This document shows positions 9,763 through 25,118 of a stretch of 64,000 bases of DNA, piece after piece. Positions within the stretch are counted from its first letter, which is position 1, and each line of letters begins with the position of its first letter. The stretch comes from the human T2T-CHM13v2.0 reference genome, Homo sapiens: the NCBI RefSeq assembly GCF_009914755.1, contig NC_060925.1; one strand, written 5' to 3'. The notes beneath the pieces were generated by a model, which did not search any database, was not told the origin of the DNA, and saw only the letters and a list, made by a program, of their open reading frames with translations. The position numbers and the translations under genes are program-made.

Positions 9763-12759
9763 AGCTGTTGAGAATACTCTCAGTTATGAGCATTTGACAA
9801 GTGAATTCTCAGCCTCCATAGTCACCAGAATTTCCTTTTCAGGTATTTTTTTCTCTTTGTCACACAGGACTTGAGTACCTTTAATCTACAATAGGAGGAG
9901 TCGCCCCAGACTTACCTCTCTCTGCCCTTCTCTTTAGGTTTCTATCTCAGAGAATGAGATTAAGCACCTTTCAGGATTAGGAACAGAGAAGAGCTATATT
10001 TAGGCCTCCACTAAAGCCAACAGTTCTGCCTGGGTTGCCAGAGTTTCCTGCTCTGAAATAAACATTCTGCCGAGACCCTCTACCCGCTGGGGTTTCTTTC
10101 TTTTTCTTTGCAAATTTCCTTTTCCCTTTATCCATGGGGCACTGATAACCATTTCTGGAACAAGATTTGGGATATGCTGGAATTTCTGCTCTTCTTATTC
10201 TGCCTTCTTCTCCTCCTCTTTCTCCTCCTCCTCTCCTTCTGTTTCCAGTCCCCTCTCTCTCCTGCTCCCTGTCTTCCTCACACTACCCCCACACCCATTT
10301 TCCCCAGCTCCCTCCAGCTTTCTATACTTCCTGCCTCCTCCTCCTTCTCTGCTCCTTTTTGGCTACCGTTCCTCTTCCTTCTCTAGGCTCCCACCCTACC
10401 CACCACCAGCCTCCCACACGCAGCCTACACTAACAGAAGAATGGCTACCACGAGCTGAGAGGAAGTTGAGGAATATGTTTCTAGTCAGGACACTTTGGGG
10501 GATCTTTGCTGGGGATTGTGAGTGCGGTGACACCAACCGAGATGATGAATATCAGCCAGTCCTTGAGGCCTGGGGAGGACCAGCAGATCCAAGGCCACCC
10601 CATACCTGGGGTGACCCAGAAGAGTCATGTTCACATTCCAAAAGGCTAAATCTGATTGCGAAAGTCCAAGGAAATTGAAAGCAGTAGGAGCCATCGTCTT
10701 TGCAAGTCCAGTTCCAAGTGGAAGGATCATGGTGCTTCCTTCCAGTCACCACAAGGTCAGCACACAGGCATTTGCATTGCCTAGGACTCAACTGGTACCC
10801 TGGATCCCTGGCTAGGGCCTGTCCAGAGAAAAGCTAGGCGTGGGGCCCATTTCCACCTAGGCAGAGGTTCCTGGGGAAGTTAGGTGCTCACCAAGAGATT
10901 GCCCCTTACCATCCTCCTGAGGGTGTGTGGAGCCTCAGCGCTGCTACCTCTTGGACTCCACCCTCCGGATGCCACCACCTCCCACTGTCCAAGCCTTCCA
11001 GTGAAGTCTCCAAGGCTCTGATTTTTGAATCATCCTGATTTGGTGCGTCAAGAGCTGCCTCCCACAAAGTGAGCAGATGTGGAGAGCTGCCAGATCTAAA
11101 AGGTAAAATCGCAAGGCATTGCCAGCTAGATAGGGACAGAGTTCCCTCTCTATTTGATGATTTGGATTCAAAGGGTAGATGTCATGGCCCCTAAACATCA
11201 CAGCATGACCAGGGCATGCCACCCACGACCTGCAGTGCCCTTGCACCTGGTTAGGTGTAAATTATTTTACTGAAGCAGACAAGTGTTCTCTTCTGGACTT
11301 TTTCCTTCCTTAGTGGCTAGATCTCTCTCTCCCTCTCTCTCTCTCTCCCCCTGAGTCCCCCCATTCTCTACCCACCTTTATTTTCTCTATTTCCACCCTG
11401 TTGCCCCTCTTCCACCTGCTTTCTCCTGTTCAGCTTTCATGGTTCACCCCTTCCTTGCCCACTGGCATCCCCCAAATTAAAGCTGCTGCACTGTCCTGGG
11501 TGGGGAGGTGGGTATGGCTGTAGACAGTGCCCTCCAGACATGTCCAGGATGGGGAAACATAGTGCAGCTGCCAGCATAATGCTTTAAAAGAATGGCCACT
11601 TTCAAAAGCCTTTCACATCTCCTAATCTGGGATCTTTTGGGACTAAAACGTTATGGACCATAGTGGAATTCTTTTTCCTCCAGGACCTTGTGGTGGATGC
11701 CTTCTTTCACTGAGCTTTCATGTGTGGCTATTAAGTGCCAGTCCCTGCTCTTGGACAGGGACATCATTGTGAGCAAGTCTCAAGTCACTACTCATGGAGT
11801 GGGTCTGGAGCTCACCTCTGCAGGCATCAAGAGGTGTCAGAGAGAAAGGGGCATGGCCAGTTTGTGTCTTTCCCATGTGGCCACTCACTGAGTCCTGGGG
11901 AGTGGAAGTCAGTGCAAGGAAAGAAGCCCAGTGAGAAAGCAAATGGACAACATCAGACCTGGGGCTGAGGCCCCCACCTGCAGCGGGGCAGCCTCTGAAG
12001 CAGGCAAGGGGCAGCAGGGAAGGTCGTGGCCTGGTGTAATCTGGTGTTGGGTGCCCCAGCTCATTCATGTGGATGCCCAAACTTACCCAAAGGCAAGATT
12101 CAATATCTCTGTTCTTCAGAAGAAAATGTGTCTTCAGAGGAGAACGGAGAGGTTGGGGAACACTTTCTTACCCCCATGCTAACTGTACTTGATGTTACAG
12201 TATGGTATCTCTGTGCTATAATTAGTTAGCATGTGGTCATTAATGGAAACGATTGATGGTTTAAGCCCATTCCCAGATATTCTAGTCTTCATCTAAGTTC
12301 CCTCCCTCCCTCTTTCCCTCCTTTTCCTTCCTTCCTTCTCTTTCTTTTTAAATAGACCACTTTGCACTGAAATCTAAGTTCTTTTTCTGACATTTAATTC
12401 TCTCACAAAATTTGCCAAAATCTCTGAAGCTGCCTTTATCTTTCAGTCAGGGAGCTCATTCTGTAGCCTGCAGTTCCTCCCTGTCTCCTTCTCCTTTGAT
12501 CTGTGGTTCCAAGTATTTAGCAAGTTCTGCCCTCCAAGGTGATTTCACCCTGTCCTTACTAGAACCTACACTGTCTGGAGTGCTGATGCCACTACGACCT
12601 AACTGATCTGCCATCTGGATTCCAGGGGCATCCCCAGGCACAGAGGGTGAAGGCACAGACATTGAAATCTTCAACTGCTCTGACTCCAGTTTGGTGCATC
12701 TCAATGCCAAGTATTAACCACATGATATCAGGATGCCACCAAAAATTGAATTTGGAGCT

Positions 12760-14360
12760 TTCACATTCTAACTTAGAAAAATTAATAGATATTACTTTAT
12801 AGAACAGTTCTAGGCTTACAGATAAATTGAGCAGCTACTATAGAGAGTTTCCATGTGCCTCCCTGTCCTTCAATACACAATTTCCCCCATTAGTATCTTG
12901 CAGTATTGTGGTACATTTGTTACACTGGATGAACCAATATTGATAATTATCATCAACTGAAGTCTATAGTTCACATTAAGTGTTTTGTCTTTTATCTTAT
13001 TTTTTTAAAACAATTCTTTGGGTTTTGAAAATTACAGTGTCATGACTCCCAAATACAGTATCATGTAATAGTTTCACTGCTGAAAACTCCCTGTGCCTCA
13101 CTAGTTCATCCCTCCTTTCCCTCCTTCACCCTTGGCAACCACTGATCATTTTACTATCTCTATCTTTTTGACTTTCTCAGAATGTCCTACAGTTGGAATG
13201 ATACAATATGTAGGTTTTCAGACTGGCTTCTTTCAGGTATTATGAATTGAATGTTTCTTTATGTCTTTTCATAGCTTGATAGCTCATTTCTTTTCATCAC
13301 TGACTAATATTCCATTGTATGGATACACCACAATTTGTTTATCCATTCACTTGTTGAGAAGGGCGTCTTGGTTGCTTCCAGTTTTTGACAATAATAAATA
13401 AAACTGCTGTAAATACCTGTGTGCAGGTTTTTGGGTGAACATAAGTTTTCCTCTCATTTGGCTAAATAAGTCAAACTGCCATTGCAAGATTATAGGGTAA
13501 GATTATGTTTAGCTTTGTAAAAGAAAAAAAAAACTCCCAAACAATTTTCCAAAGTGATTGTACCATTTTGCATTTCCACCAACAATGAATGAGAGTTCCT
13601 GTAGCTCTGTTTGTTTGACAGCTTTTGGGATTGTCACTTTTTACAGATTTTAGCCACTCTAATAGGTGTGTTCTGTTATCTCATTGTTTTCATGTGCAAT
13701 TTTCTAATGACAAATGACTTTGAGTGTCTCTTTCATATACTTATTTGTTATCTGTATATCTTTTCAGTGAGGTGTTCAGATCTTTTGCCTACTTTTAAAT
13801 TGGGTTGTTCACTTTCTTATTATTGAGTTTGAAGAGTTCTTCATTTATTTTGGGCACCAGCCCTTCATCAGATCTGTATTTTGCAAATATTTTCTCTCAG
13901 TCTTGACTTGTTTTTTCATTCTCTTAACAGTGTCTTTCACAGAGCAGAAGGTTTTAATTGTAATGAAGTTCAACTTTTCAATTTTGTTTCTTCCATGGAT
14001 TGCGCTTTTAATGCTGTTTCTAAGAAATCATCACCAAACCCAAGGTCACCTAGCTTTTCTCCTGTGTTATCTCCTAGGAGTCCTGTGGTTTTGAACCTTA
14101 CAGGTAGTTATAAGATCCACTTGTGAAAGTTATAAGATCTGTATGTACATTTATTTATTTTTTCATGTGGTTGTCCAGGTGTTTTCGCACCATTTGTTGA
14201 AAAGGCCATCCTTGCTCTGTTAAATTGTCTTTGCACCTTTATCAAAGATCAGTTTATTATATTTATGTAGGTCTATTTCTGGGCTCTGTTTTCTTTTCCA
14301 TTGATCTATGAGTCTGTTTTACATTTTTTCACCAACTCCATACTGTTTTGGTTACTGTAG
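12760..14360 (-). mobile_element. Old L1M (L1MC/MD-like) 3' region
   Basis: Antisense L1 3' motifs ('atattccattgtatggat', 'catttccaccaacaatgaatgagagttcctg', 'caccatttgttgaaaagg'). Confidence 0.85.
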
Positions 14361-14778
14361 CTGAAGTTGGCAGTGCCAATCCTCGGGGATTTTTTCTGAT
14401 CTTCTCCATGAGAACTTTGTTGGGTTTCTAGTGGTCAGATTTAGGAAAGTGTGAGATTCCCCCCATGACTGGTTCTCAGAGCGTTTTTAATGCTCAAGCC
14501 AAGCCACCCTCAGCTTCTAGTAATCTGTCAATACTATTTAAGTTCTCCTCCCAGGTGCTGGCTCCAGCAGTTTCTGTTCCTGGTAAGCTGTGACTCCGTG
14601 CATTTGCCTGTCTTTCTAGTTTTCAGGGTGGCAGCGACCTCAATTCTCTGGCCGTATAAGAAGAGTTGTTGGTTTTCAGTTTGTTCAGCTTTATTCTTGT
14701 TGTGAGGACAAATGGTGACTTCCCACCTCTTTATATGTCAGAATTGAAACCGGAAATTTCATATAAAAAGTTACTTGT

Positions 14779-15090
14779 GGCCAGGCGCGGTGGCTCATGC
14801 CTGTAATCCCAGCACTTTGGGAGGCTGAGGTGGGTGGATCACAGGGTCAGGAGTTCGACACCAGCCTGACCAACATGGTGAAACCCCGTCTCTACTAAAA
14901 ATACAAAAATTATCCAGGCATGGTAGCATGTCCCTGTAATCCCAGCTACTCAGGAGGCTGAGGCAGGAGAATCACTTGAACCCAGGAGGCGGAGGTTGCA
15001 GTGAGCCAAGATCACACCATTGCACTCCAGCCTGGGCAACAGAGTGACACTCTATCCCCCCCAAAAACAAACAAACAAACAAACAAAAAA
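14779..15090 (+). mobile_element. AluS
   Basis: Full dimer with (CAAA)n tail. Confidence 0.95.
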
Positions 15091-15769
15091 GCTTACTTGT
15101 AATAAAGCTCACCAATTGCGCAGCCATCAGCAGTGTCACATTTTAGAATATTTTTGTCTTTTCCCAAATTCCCTCAAGCCTCTGCACAGTCATTTCCTAA
15201 TCTCTGGTGCCCATGACTGGGCCACAACAAAATAAAAATTTGGAAAACCAACATCATTAAATTTCAACCTTTCTTAGATTAGGATTTTTAATAGTGAATC
15301 ACTGTCTTACTTTTGTGACATTTAGAGGAAATATTGCATTTTAGGGACTTTTTTGAGGAACATAATAGTCCTGTTCATTGCTCTTCATTAGTTGTTTCAT
15401 TTTTGCTGATAACTGATAGTTGTTACCAAACCTCATCTGGCAAGCCTAAATGAATGAGCTAAAAAAGAAAAAGAAATCTGCTATAAGAAATAGAGATAGA
15501 TGATGAATTTGCACATAAGATTATGTGGAGTTAGTATTGTACCATCTTTATTCTTTCAGAAATTTGGTTGGTAACATTAGAGATACTCCTCACATGCTTG
15601 GAATGCCTCTCATTATCTTCTTCAGGTTGCAAGGGCTCCAGAATAGTGACATAAAGGTGAACGTGAGCGCAAGATTTTTGCTGTAGTTCTTTGCTCTTTA
15701 ATTTTTTTCTCTTAGAGGGATTAGCTTCCATGTATCTGAAATAATAAATCAAGAGTAGAGATAGGCATC

Positions 15770-16760
15770 TGTACCAGTTTTCTATTGCTGCCTATTAACA
15801 CATGCAACAAACTAGTGGATTGAAACCACAGAAGTCTGGAACAGAGGCTGGGTTCTCTGATAAGGGTTTTAGGAAGCTGAATCCAGGTGTGTCTGGCTAT
15901 GTAATTATGTGGAGCTCAGGCTACTTCTCCAAGTTCACTTCAGGTGTAGGAGGAATTCATTTTTGGGGGGTTGAAAGACTGGGTTTTCTTTTTGTGTGCT
16001 GGCTGTCAGGCAGGAGACGCTCTAACTCCAGAGGCCACCTGCATTCCTTCTCACCTGGCCTTTTCCATTTTCCAACCAATAACAGCTCATGGAGTCCTTC
16101 TCAAGCTCCCTTTCTTTCTGACATCACCCTCTCCTGACAGCTAGAGAAACCACTGGCATGTGTGCAGTGATGTGATTAAATCCAGTTTACACAGGTAACC
16201 TCACCATCTTAAAGTCATATAACTGGCATATAACAACATAATCACAGGAATGATGTTTCATCACCTTAACAGGCTTTAGAGACAAGGGTGTGGCATGTTT
16301 GGGGGCCATTTCAGAAATTCCATCTACCACAGTCGGACACTCACATTCCCCCATTTGCAAAATACATTCACCCTCTACTCTAAGGTTTCCAAATTTCATG
16401 TCATTAAAGCATTAGCTCAAAGTGAAAAATGTTATGTAGACCACACCAGATCAAAAGTTTAAAATCTTATCTTAGTCAACTATACCAAGTGTGAATGAGG
16501 CTTCTGAGGGTGTCCATTAAGTCCAGATCCTTGACATAATTCCCTTCCCTCTATCAACCTGTGAAACTGAACAAACGGCTTATCTGCCCTCTGTGTGCAA
16601 TGGTGGGACAGACATAGAAAAATGATTCTAGCGATTCTTGTTCACAAAGGGGAAACATGGAAGTAACAAAGAAGTCACTGATCCAAAACTTTTTTGAAAT
16701 TGGGCTGAGCAAAGTCCAGCAGGAATTTCTTGGTTAGGATCCAAAACCTGGAACTAACCC
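15770..16760 (-). mobile_element. MLT1-type MaLR LTR and adjacent internal fragment
   Basis: 'tgtaccagttttctattgctgc...' start and 'ggggccatttcagaaattccatctaccaca' end are typical of MLT1. Confidence 0.55.
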
Positions 16761-19100
16761 TCTGTGACATGGGGCTTGCCTCTGGGCTCTGCCTTTCTTT
16801 CTATCTTTATAGAAATCATTTTATTTTCCTTCTTCTCCTACTCCTTTGGTTCTTCCTCTTTCTACTTATGGCAGCATCCTCCCCTTAATCCTTGGCACAT
16901 TATCCCCAGCAGAATTGGTCAAATGTTGCCCATGTCACGGTCCTGACCATCTCCATGAGGGGCTGTCCTTGTGACCCCCTGCTCCCCTGGGACCCTCTTC
17001 ACTGACCTGACCTCTCTGTCATGATTGCTTCCAGCTGACCTGGCTGGTTTAGGAGAAAACCTAGAATTGTGGAGACCCAGAACCAATCTCTGCCCTGTCT
17101 TATCTCCAGGAGAGGAAGAAAATAACAGGTATCATCATGGAGAAATGACCCACATGAGGGCTGAGACTCTCCAGCAGTTTCAGGAGAGGAAACTCCCTGA
17201 AGAATGGAGGAGCTGAGATCCCAGGCTGGGAAAGCAGGCTTGTGTTAAACATTACTTAATCTTTATGTGCTCCCTGCCCCAATCTACCAGCCAGTGAATG
17301 ACAACTGACTGAGCATAAATACTAGGACTGTAGAACGGTTATAAAGCGTTTGTCCAAGGAAAAGCCCTTTTACTTTATTTGTTTTCACAGTGGAAATTGC
17401 TGTTTTTGATCCAAAGTTTTCTGAAACACAGCAGTGAGTTCCTGGAGGGTGAGTTAGCTGCTTTAGACCTGGAGGCTGAGGCCAAGGCTTGTGTGGTCGA
17501 TCTGCTGCCACCATGTGGTGAGGGAGCCTGGGAGAGTCTTAGTCTTTCTTGGCTTCACTTTCCTCCTCAGTGAGTTAGGGGCTTATTGTTCCTCTCTGAG
17601 GTCCCTTCCTACTTTGTTTTCTCTGAGTCTCTGAGGAACTGAGATGGTTTTTAATGCCACCCAGGACCTGCAGCTGAGACCTGACTCTGTGTGTCTCCTG
17701 CAGGAGCCTGAGCTGAGTCCCTACACTGGAAGCCCAGAACTGAGGGAACAGATGAAAGAAAGAAAGTCAGCAGGTTTAGGGGATGAGAACAACCCACAAA
17801 GGACAAGCCATTGGTAAATGAAAACCAAAGAAGGGGGAAATAAGGACAAATTGGGACAGAAGCCTCAGGGGAAATGGGCAATGCCTATCATCATCCAAGC
17901 CCTCAAGGAGTAGCGTGAGCTGAGCAGTGGGGACTGAGAGAGAAATTTACTCCACAGGAGTCTCCTGCCCCTGGCCAGGGAGAGCCACAGGGTGGATCAG
18001 AGCTGGTTTATAGTGAGGGGGCAGCAGCAACTCCAAGGGGGGAAGATGCGACCATGAGCCCCGCCCCAGACCCAGGAGCCTTGACCTTGGGGCTGCCATA
18101 GCAGTGGATGCTCTTCAGGTCAGTGTGGGTTAGAGGGAATAACCATGCTGGGAGAAGGGTTGGAGACATCCATTCTTACATAAAAAGCTCTGCCCTAGGT
18201 CAGGTGCCAGAGTAAGCGTCCCTTGCTAGTATACAAAGCAGTGATACTTATAATATTCTTCTGTACTTACAGTTGAAGGAGGTTTCCAAATGATATCTCA
18301 TAAATATTTATTGGGTGTTTAATTTTCTTTACATTGTGTTAAACACTTGGGATTCAGATATTAATGTCTCCCCAAAGGAACTCAAGCCCATGAGAGAAAG
18401 AACAGAAACATAGCATTTTAAGAAAATATGGAAGTTCCCCCACATTGGGGTGTTGTGGCAACCCAGAGAGTGGGAGTTTAGGTGAAGACATTGCTCCTAA
18501 CGACAGGGGGAACCATAAGAGGACTTCTTCAGAACAGACTCATTTTCCTCTAATGTCCCACAGAGACGGATCCTGGGGCATGAATGGTGTAAGGCAAGGG
18601 CCAGTCTAAGGAAAGGGATTTGCTGCATCCTGGGAGAAATCTCAGCATCCCTGACAGGATATTTGGGACAGGAATGCAGGTGAGAGGAGGTTTGCAATCG
18701 CTTTTATTCAATAATTGATGAACACTCTCCTGAGAACTCCCTCAGTGCTAGACCCTGAGCTGGGAACCATGAACACAGAGATTAGTAAGATATGATCTCA
18801 GCTTTCACAGAACTCTCAGTCTAGTGACCAGCGATTCCTGAGAAGTATGGTGATGGTGGGTTCATTGGAACCAGTGGTTCATGCTGCATGGAGATTACCT
18901 CAGTGGATGGCCTGGTCTCTCTTCTGTTTTTTTTCAAACAGCTGAATGACCTGTCCTGGGCCAGTGAACCTGGACTTCAACCAGATGTCAGAATCTCAAG
19001 GTACAACCAACATTTTCGCTCCATGTTGGGTCAAAACAGTTAACACAGCCAAGATATTCAAGGTTTCAGTAGATACTGACTAAGTCCTGGCCAGCTGTGA

Positions 19101-19483
<383 letters not shown>

Positions 19484-20239
19484 TCTGTTTGGTAATTGAA
19501 ATGCTTTGCAGACTTCAAGATTCACCTGTGTCCAAAATAAATTCTATATCAGTCATAGTACTAGCATTTAGAAATTGTGTATTTTATCCTCTAATTATAG
19601 ATTAAATACCTAAGGTGGAAAGGAGTAAAGCAGCTTCCATGAATGTAGTGAGAATGTAGGGGGGTTAGGGACTAAAGTCCTGCCTTAGGATTCCCCAGCA
19701 GTTGCCAGTCACAATTTTTGTACTCTAAGAAACAACAACAACAACAATAACAACAAAATGACAACCTGTTTTGTTCCTCTGCTTACCCTATCCAATTCTC
19801 TACACCATAACATCTCTGCTTATCAGGCAACTTGGATTCTCAATTTGTTGAGCTCAACAAGTGCATTTCCTGAGCCCCTGTGAGTAAAGCATTATGCTAG
19901 TTATGGCGGGTGATACAGAGGAAGCACAGAAGAGTCCTTAGTGACAAGAGCTTAAGATTTCTGCTCCCAGCTCAGCCTGAGTTGCCTGGAGGTGAGAAAA
20001 TCAGTAGCCGACACACAGGTGCATTCTGGTGAAAGGGTCGATGATAATGAATAGTGGTTCTGACAGGGCTGGGCTCTTAACCTCCCAAAGATGCTGGTCA
20101 AACAGGATCTGGAGGATCTCTGCACATAGTGTCTGACTACTGACTGTCATAAATGAATGTCGCCAAGTCTTGGCCTGGATCCCCTCCCTTTGTTTCATTT
20201 CACAGATTACATGTTGACAGCAGGAAAATCAACAGAAAG

Positions 20240-22000
20240 ACCATGAGGCTAGACTCCAAAAGACTTAGTAATGCTGCTGGGTGGGCCATGAATTTCTAAA
20301 AACTCGTGAAGGGCCTTCTCAGAAGTGAAGTTTTAGGAAATATAAAATGCATAGCTGGGATACATTATAGTGTACTGATAGAACAAATATTGGATATAGC
20401 AGCATCTAATAACTTCTGGAGGAAAAAATATTTTTCACATTACTCCAATTATGGCCTCATACGTCAAAAAAAAAAAAACAACAGCAACAACAACAACAAC
20501 TAAGAGAACCACTAACATCCATTGGTTTTGCAGAAACAGGATACCCTTAGTGTACCTAAAATTGGAAAAATGGCTCTGCCTTTAGGGCCATGGAATGAAA
20601 CAGACTGTGTGGTAGTTGACACAGGAAGAACAGAGTGGAGTTTATAACAATGGCCACAAGACAGTGAAGAAAATGCTTTGGGGTTCTTAAGCAGCAGACG
20701 AGGTGACTCAGAGGAATGTTAGACAATCGCAGAAAAGCAACTTTAGCAACATTTTCAACTCAGTGGGCACTGCATACTTAGTCCATGCTCTGCATCCATT
20801 CTTTCACAGTCTGTCCCTTCATCAACTTGGGCCTACAATGACTTTTCTGGGAGAGGAGAGGGATCAACACAACAGCATGCACACACCTGAAATAAAGAAT
20901 GGATTTCTAATTTTCAGATTTTAGTCTCTGACCTAACCAAAGAAGTGACTACCATAGATGTTAACTATTAATAACATAAATGATGCTACTAAATATGCAG
21001 ATCTTATATAACAAGGTAAAACAGCTTAAAAAATAGATGGTAGAACTGTAGTCCAGGGACGCTAATAGAAGTGACCCATAACATTACATCATCTCCACTT
21101 CCAATAACAATCAGGTAAAAGAAGGAAGGAGACTGGCAACCCAATGCACAGAACTATATATAACAGGCATACTATTTATTGGTTGGTTATAAACCAGTGG
21201 GAATAAATCTTTGTATATACTGACTCTTGGTTTATGTCACTGAGGCACAGCATGGAACAATAGAAACCGGACTGTAAGATAAATTCATTTGAGTAACTGG
21301 ACTTTTGTAAACCATTAGACAGACATTTGAGAAGCCAAATTTAAAGCTGTTTGTGAGCCATGTTAGCCTATCAAGGTTGAAATTCAGGAGAGATACATAA
21401 TGACAAATAAATGCTTTTGGTTTTTTGTGACACAGTGATCTGATGCATTGGGAATGTGATCTTGTGAATCACTCAGGTGAGCAAGCCTGACATGAGTGGG
21501 CATAAAGGTCAGTAACTGAAGAGGTACCAAAATGTGCTACATGTGTCAATTGTGACCTAAAGAACTGAAGGCATTCACCCTCCCTTGAAGTAATGAAGCT
21601 GACACAGCAGGGGGCTGCAAATTCCACTGCAGATCAGGGTCTTGAAGCTGACATACTGAAGAGTGGACTCTCACTTGAGATACAGAGTAGGAACTACTGT
21701 TTCCTATGGCTACTGAATATCCCACAAACTAATCTCCTCAGCATGCCATTATTAATTATTTTAAAGCTCTTTAAGGTCTCATTTTATAATAGATCACATC
21801 AGAAGGAAGACTAATAAGGATCAGGTACAAACTCATACTTGCTGGACATATCATTGCATATCATCCCAAAGTTTCTGGCACTACATAATACTGGAGTAAA
21901 TTCTTGAATATTAAATTTTAAACTAAGGGAGAACATTGGCTTCTAAATTTTACAACTATAGTATTGCAGCTAAACACAAGTGCAAATGGGCAGCCTTATA
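20240..22000 (+). mobile_element. Highly decayed ERVL-like (class III) pol: RT C-terminus, RNase H, integrase
   Basis: Ordered motif remnants: GWAMN..K..G / VKF(LG) (~20280-20337), FWRK (20414), ATQCTEL then YTDSW (21215-21229), HIIAYHPKVSG (21847-21879); many stops and frameshifts. Confidence 0.65.
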
Positions 22001-22249
22001 ACTGCATGAGTAATCTTAATGAAAACTTATTGGCAAACATACAGAACATTTCACATGCATTTATCTACAAAGTACAACTCTTCCCAACCTCAGAACTTGA
22101 TATGCGTTAGGACTTTCCTCTCCCTTGGGCTGGTGATAAAGGTCCAATTGAAATGAGAAAGATTCTTCATGCCTGGTAAATATGAAAGTTTCCAAAGATA
22201 CTGCCACTGGCCGATCAAACCTGAATTCAAAAAGCATTTGTTTCTAGCA

Positions 22250-24185
22250 GGATATAAGATCAATATGCAAAAATAAATTGTATTTATGCAATTGCACGGC
22301 AGAATTTAAATGTAAAAGGAATATCATTTACAATAATGTCAAGTGTATAAAATCCATAAATGTGAATATGACTGAAAATTAGAGCATATTTCACAGAGAA
22401 CATAGTGCAGGCCTAATAACTGGAAAGATATTGTTTGTTCATGTGTAAGAATATTGTTGAGATGTCCATTTCCCCTAATTTGATCTATAAATTCAATGCA
22501 ATCTGACTCAAAATTTCAGCATGCATCGTTGGTAGAAAATGGCAGCTGATTCTAAAATTAACATGAACTAGCATAACAAAAATGCCTATATAACGAAGAG
22601 CAAAATTGGAGGGCTAGCTCCACCTGATTTAAAGAACAATCACAGAGTTGTAATGGCCACAACAGAGCTTTGGTATGTGATCAATTAAATGGATCAAAAG
22701 AAAATAGAGTCCAAATATAAACCAATACATATATTGAGAACAGATTTTTGACAATCTTAAAAAAGCAATGTATTTAAAAATACATAATATTTCAACAAAT
22801 GATTGAGGATTTTCTTTTTAAGCAATTGATGTAACATATTTGTAACTATATAAAAATAAACAAGTAGAAAAAATTGAATTCATGTGTCATATCATATATA
22901 AAAATTAGTGGTTACAAGAGGCTGAGAAGGAGATAGGGGATAGGCTGAGAGAAGGAGATGGGCTGAGAAGGAGACAGGAGAGAAGGAAGAAAAGGTATTG
23001 GTTAATGCATATAAAATATAGTTAAATAGAAGGAATAAGTTCTAGTATTTGATAGTATATACAAAAATAACTTCTTGTATATTTTAAAATAACTAGAAGA
23101 GAGGAATTGGGATATTCCTAACATAAAGAAAAGATAAAGTTTTGAGGTGACAGATATACTACTTACACTGATTTGATCATTACAAATTGTATATGTTTAT
23201 CAAAATACCATGTGTATCCCCAAAATGTGTACAACTATTATACATTAATTAAAATAATGAAAAGTACATCTTAGACAAATTAACAATGATTCCAATCCGA
23301 TCAATTATTTTTTCTGACCACAATGGTATGAAACTAAAAATTAACTACATAAGGAAAACTGGAAAATTCAAAAATACATGGAAATTAAACAACATAACTC
23401 TTAACAACTGACTGATCAAAGAACAAATCAAAAGGGAAATTTGATTGAGGCAAACAAAAGTGAAAACAAACAACATAATCTTTTGGAAACAGCAAAAACA
23501 GCTCTAAGAGTCAAGTTTATAACCATAAATGCATACATTAAAAAAGAAGAAAGACTTCAAATAAACATTACACCTCAAGAAACCAGGAAAAAAACAACAA
23601 AATAAATCCAAAGTTCAGTGAAGAAAGGAAACAACATATCGATGCAGAAGTCAATCAACTGAAGAATAGAAATACTACAGAAAAATAAACAAAACTGAGT
23701 TGTTGGGTTTTTTTTTTCCTTTTCCTTTCTCTTTCTCCCTCTTTTTAGGAGAGACAACATCTTACTATTCTTCCCAGGCCTACTGGGAACTACTGGCCTC
23801 CAGTGGTGATGCAACGTAGGCCTCTCACACCCAAGTTGTATTTCTGGAAAAAGTAAAATTAACAAACACTTGGCTAAACTAAGAAAAAAATAGAGAAGAC
23901 TCAAATAAATAACATCCGAAATGAAAGTGGAGGTATTACAACAGAAGCCTCACAAGTAAAAAGGATCATAAGAAACTATCATTAACAGCTCTATACCAAC
24001 AAATTGGATAACCTAGAGTAAATGGATAAATTCTTAGAAACATACAAACGACTAGGATTGAATCAAGAAGAAACCGAAAGCCTGAACGACCAATAACAAA
24101 TAAAAGGACTGAAGAACCTCCCAACAAAGAGAAGCCCGGGACCAAATGGCCTCACAGCCGAACTCTTCCAAACATTCAAAAAAGA
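22250..24185 (+). mobile_element. L1 fragments (old L1M, an L1MA-like 3' end, and a 5' ORF2 piece at ~23290-24185)
   Basis: 'tctgaccacaatggtatgaaacta', 'ataccaacaaattggataacctagagtaaatggataaattcttagaaacatacaa', 'agcccgggaccaaatggcctcacagccgaactc' are L1 ORF2 sequence. Confidence 0.85.
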
Positions 24186-24188
24186 ATC

Positions 24189-24671
<483 letters not shown>

Positions 24672-24764
24672 TCATCAAAAAGCTATTCATTCACTGGCTA
24701 AGGTTGTACTAGATAATCGCGTCACTTTAGATGATGTATATTTTCAAAGACACTATTAGCCTTA

Positions 24765-25118
<354 letters not shown>

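Noticed and set aside
9065-9797. Longest ORFs (242 aa minus, 195 aa plus)
   Set aside because: They overlap the tRNA-Gln and a tandem repeat in GC-rich DNA, are open on both strands, show no recognisable domain, and the frame is not kept in the paralog.
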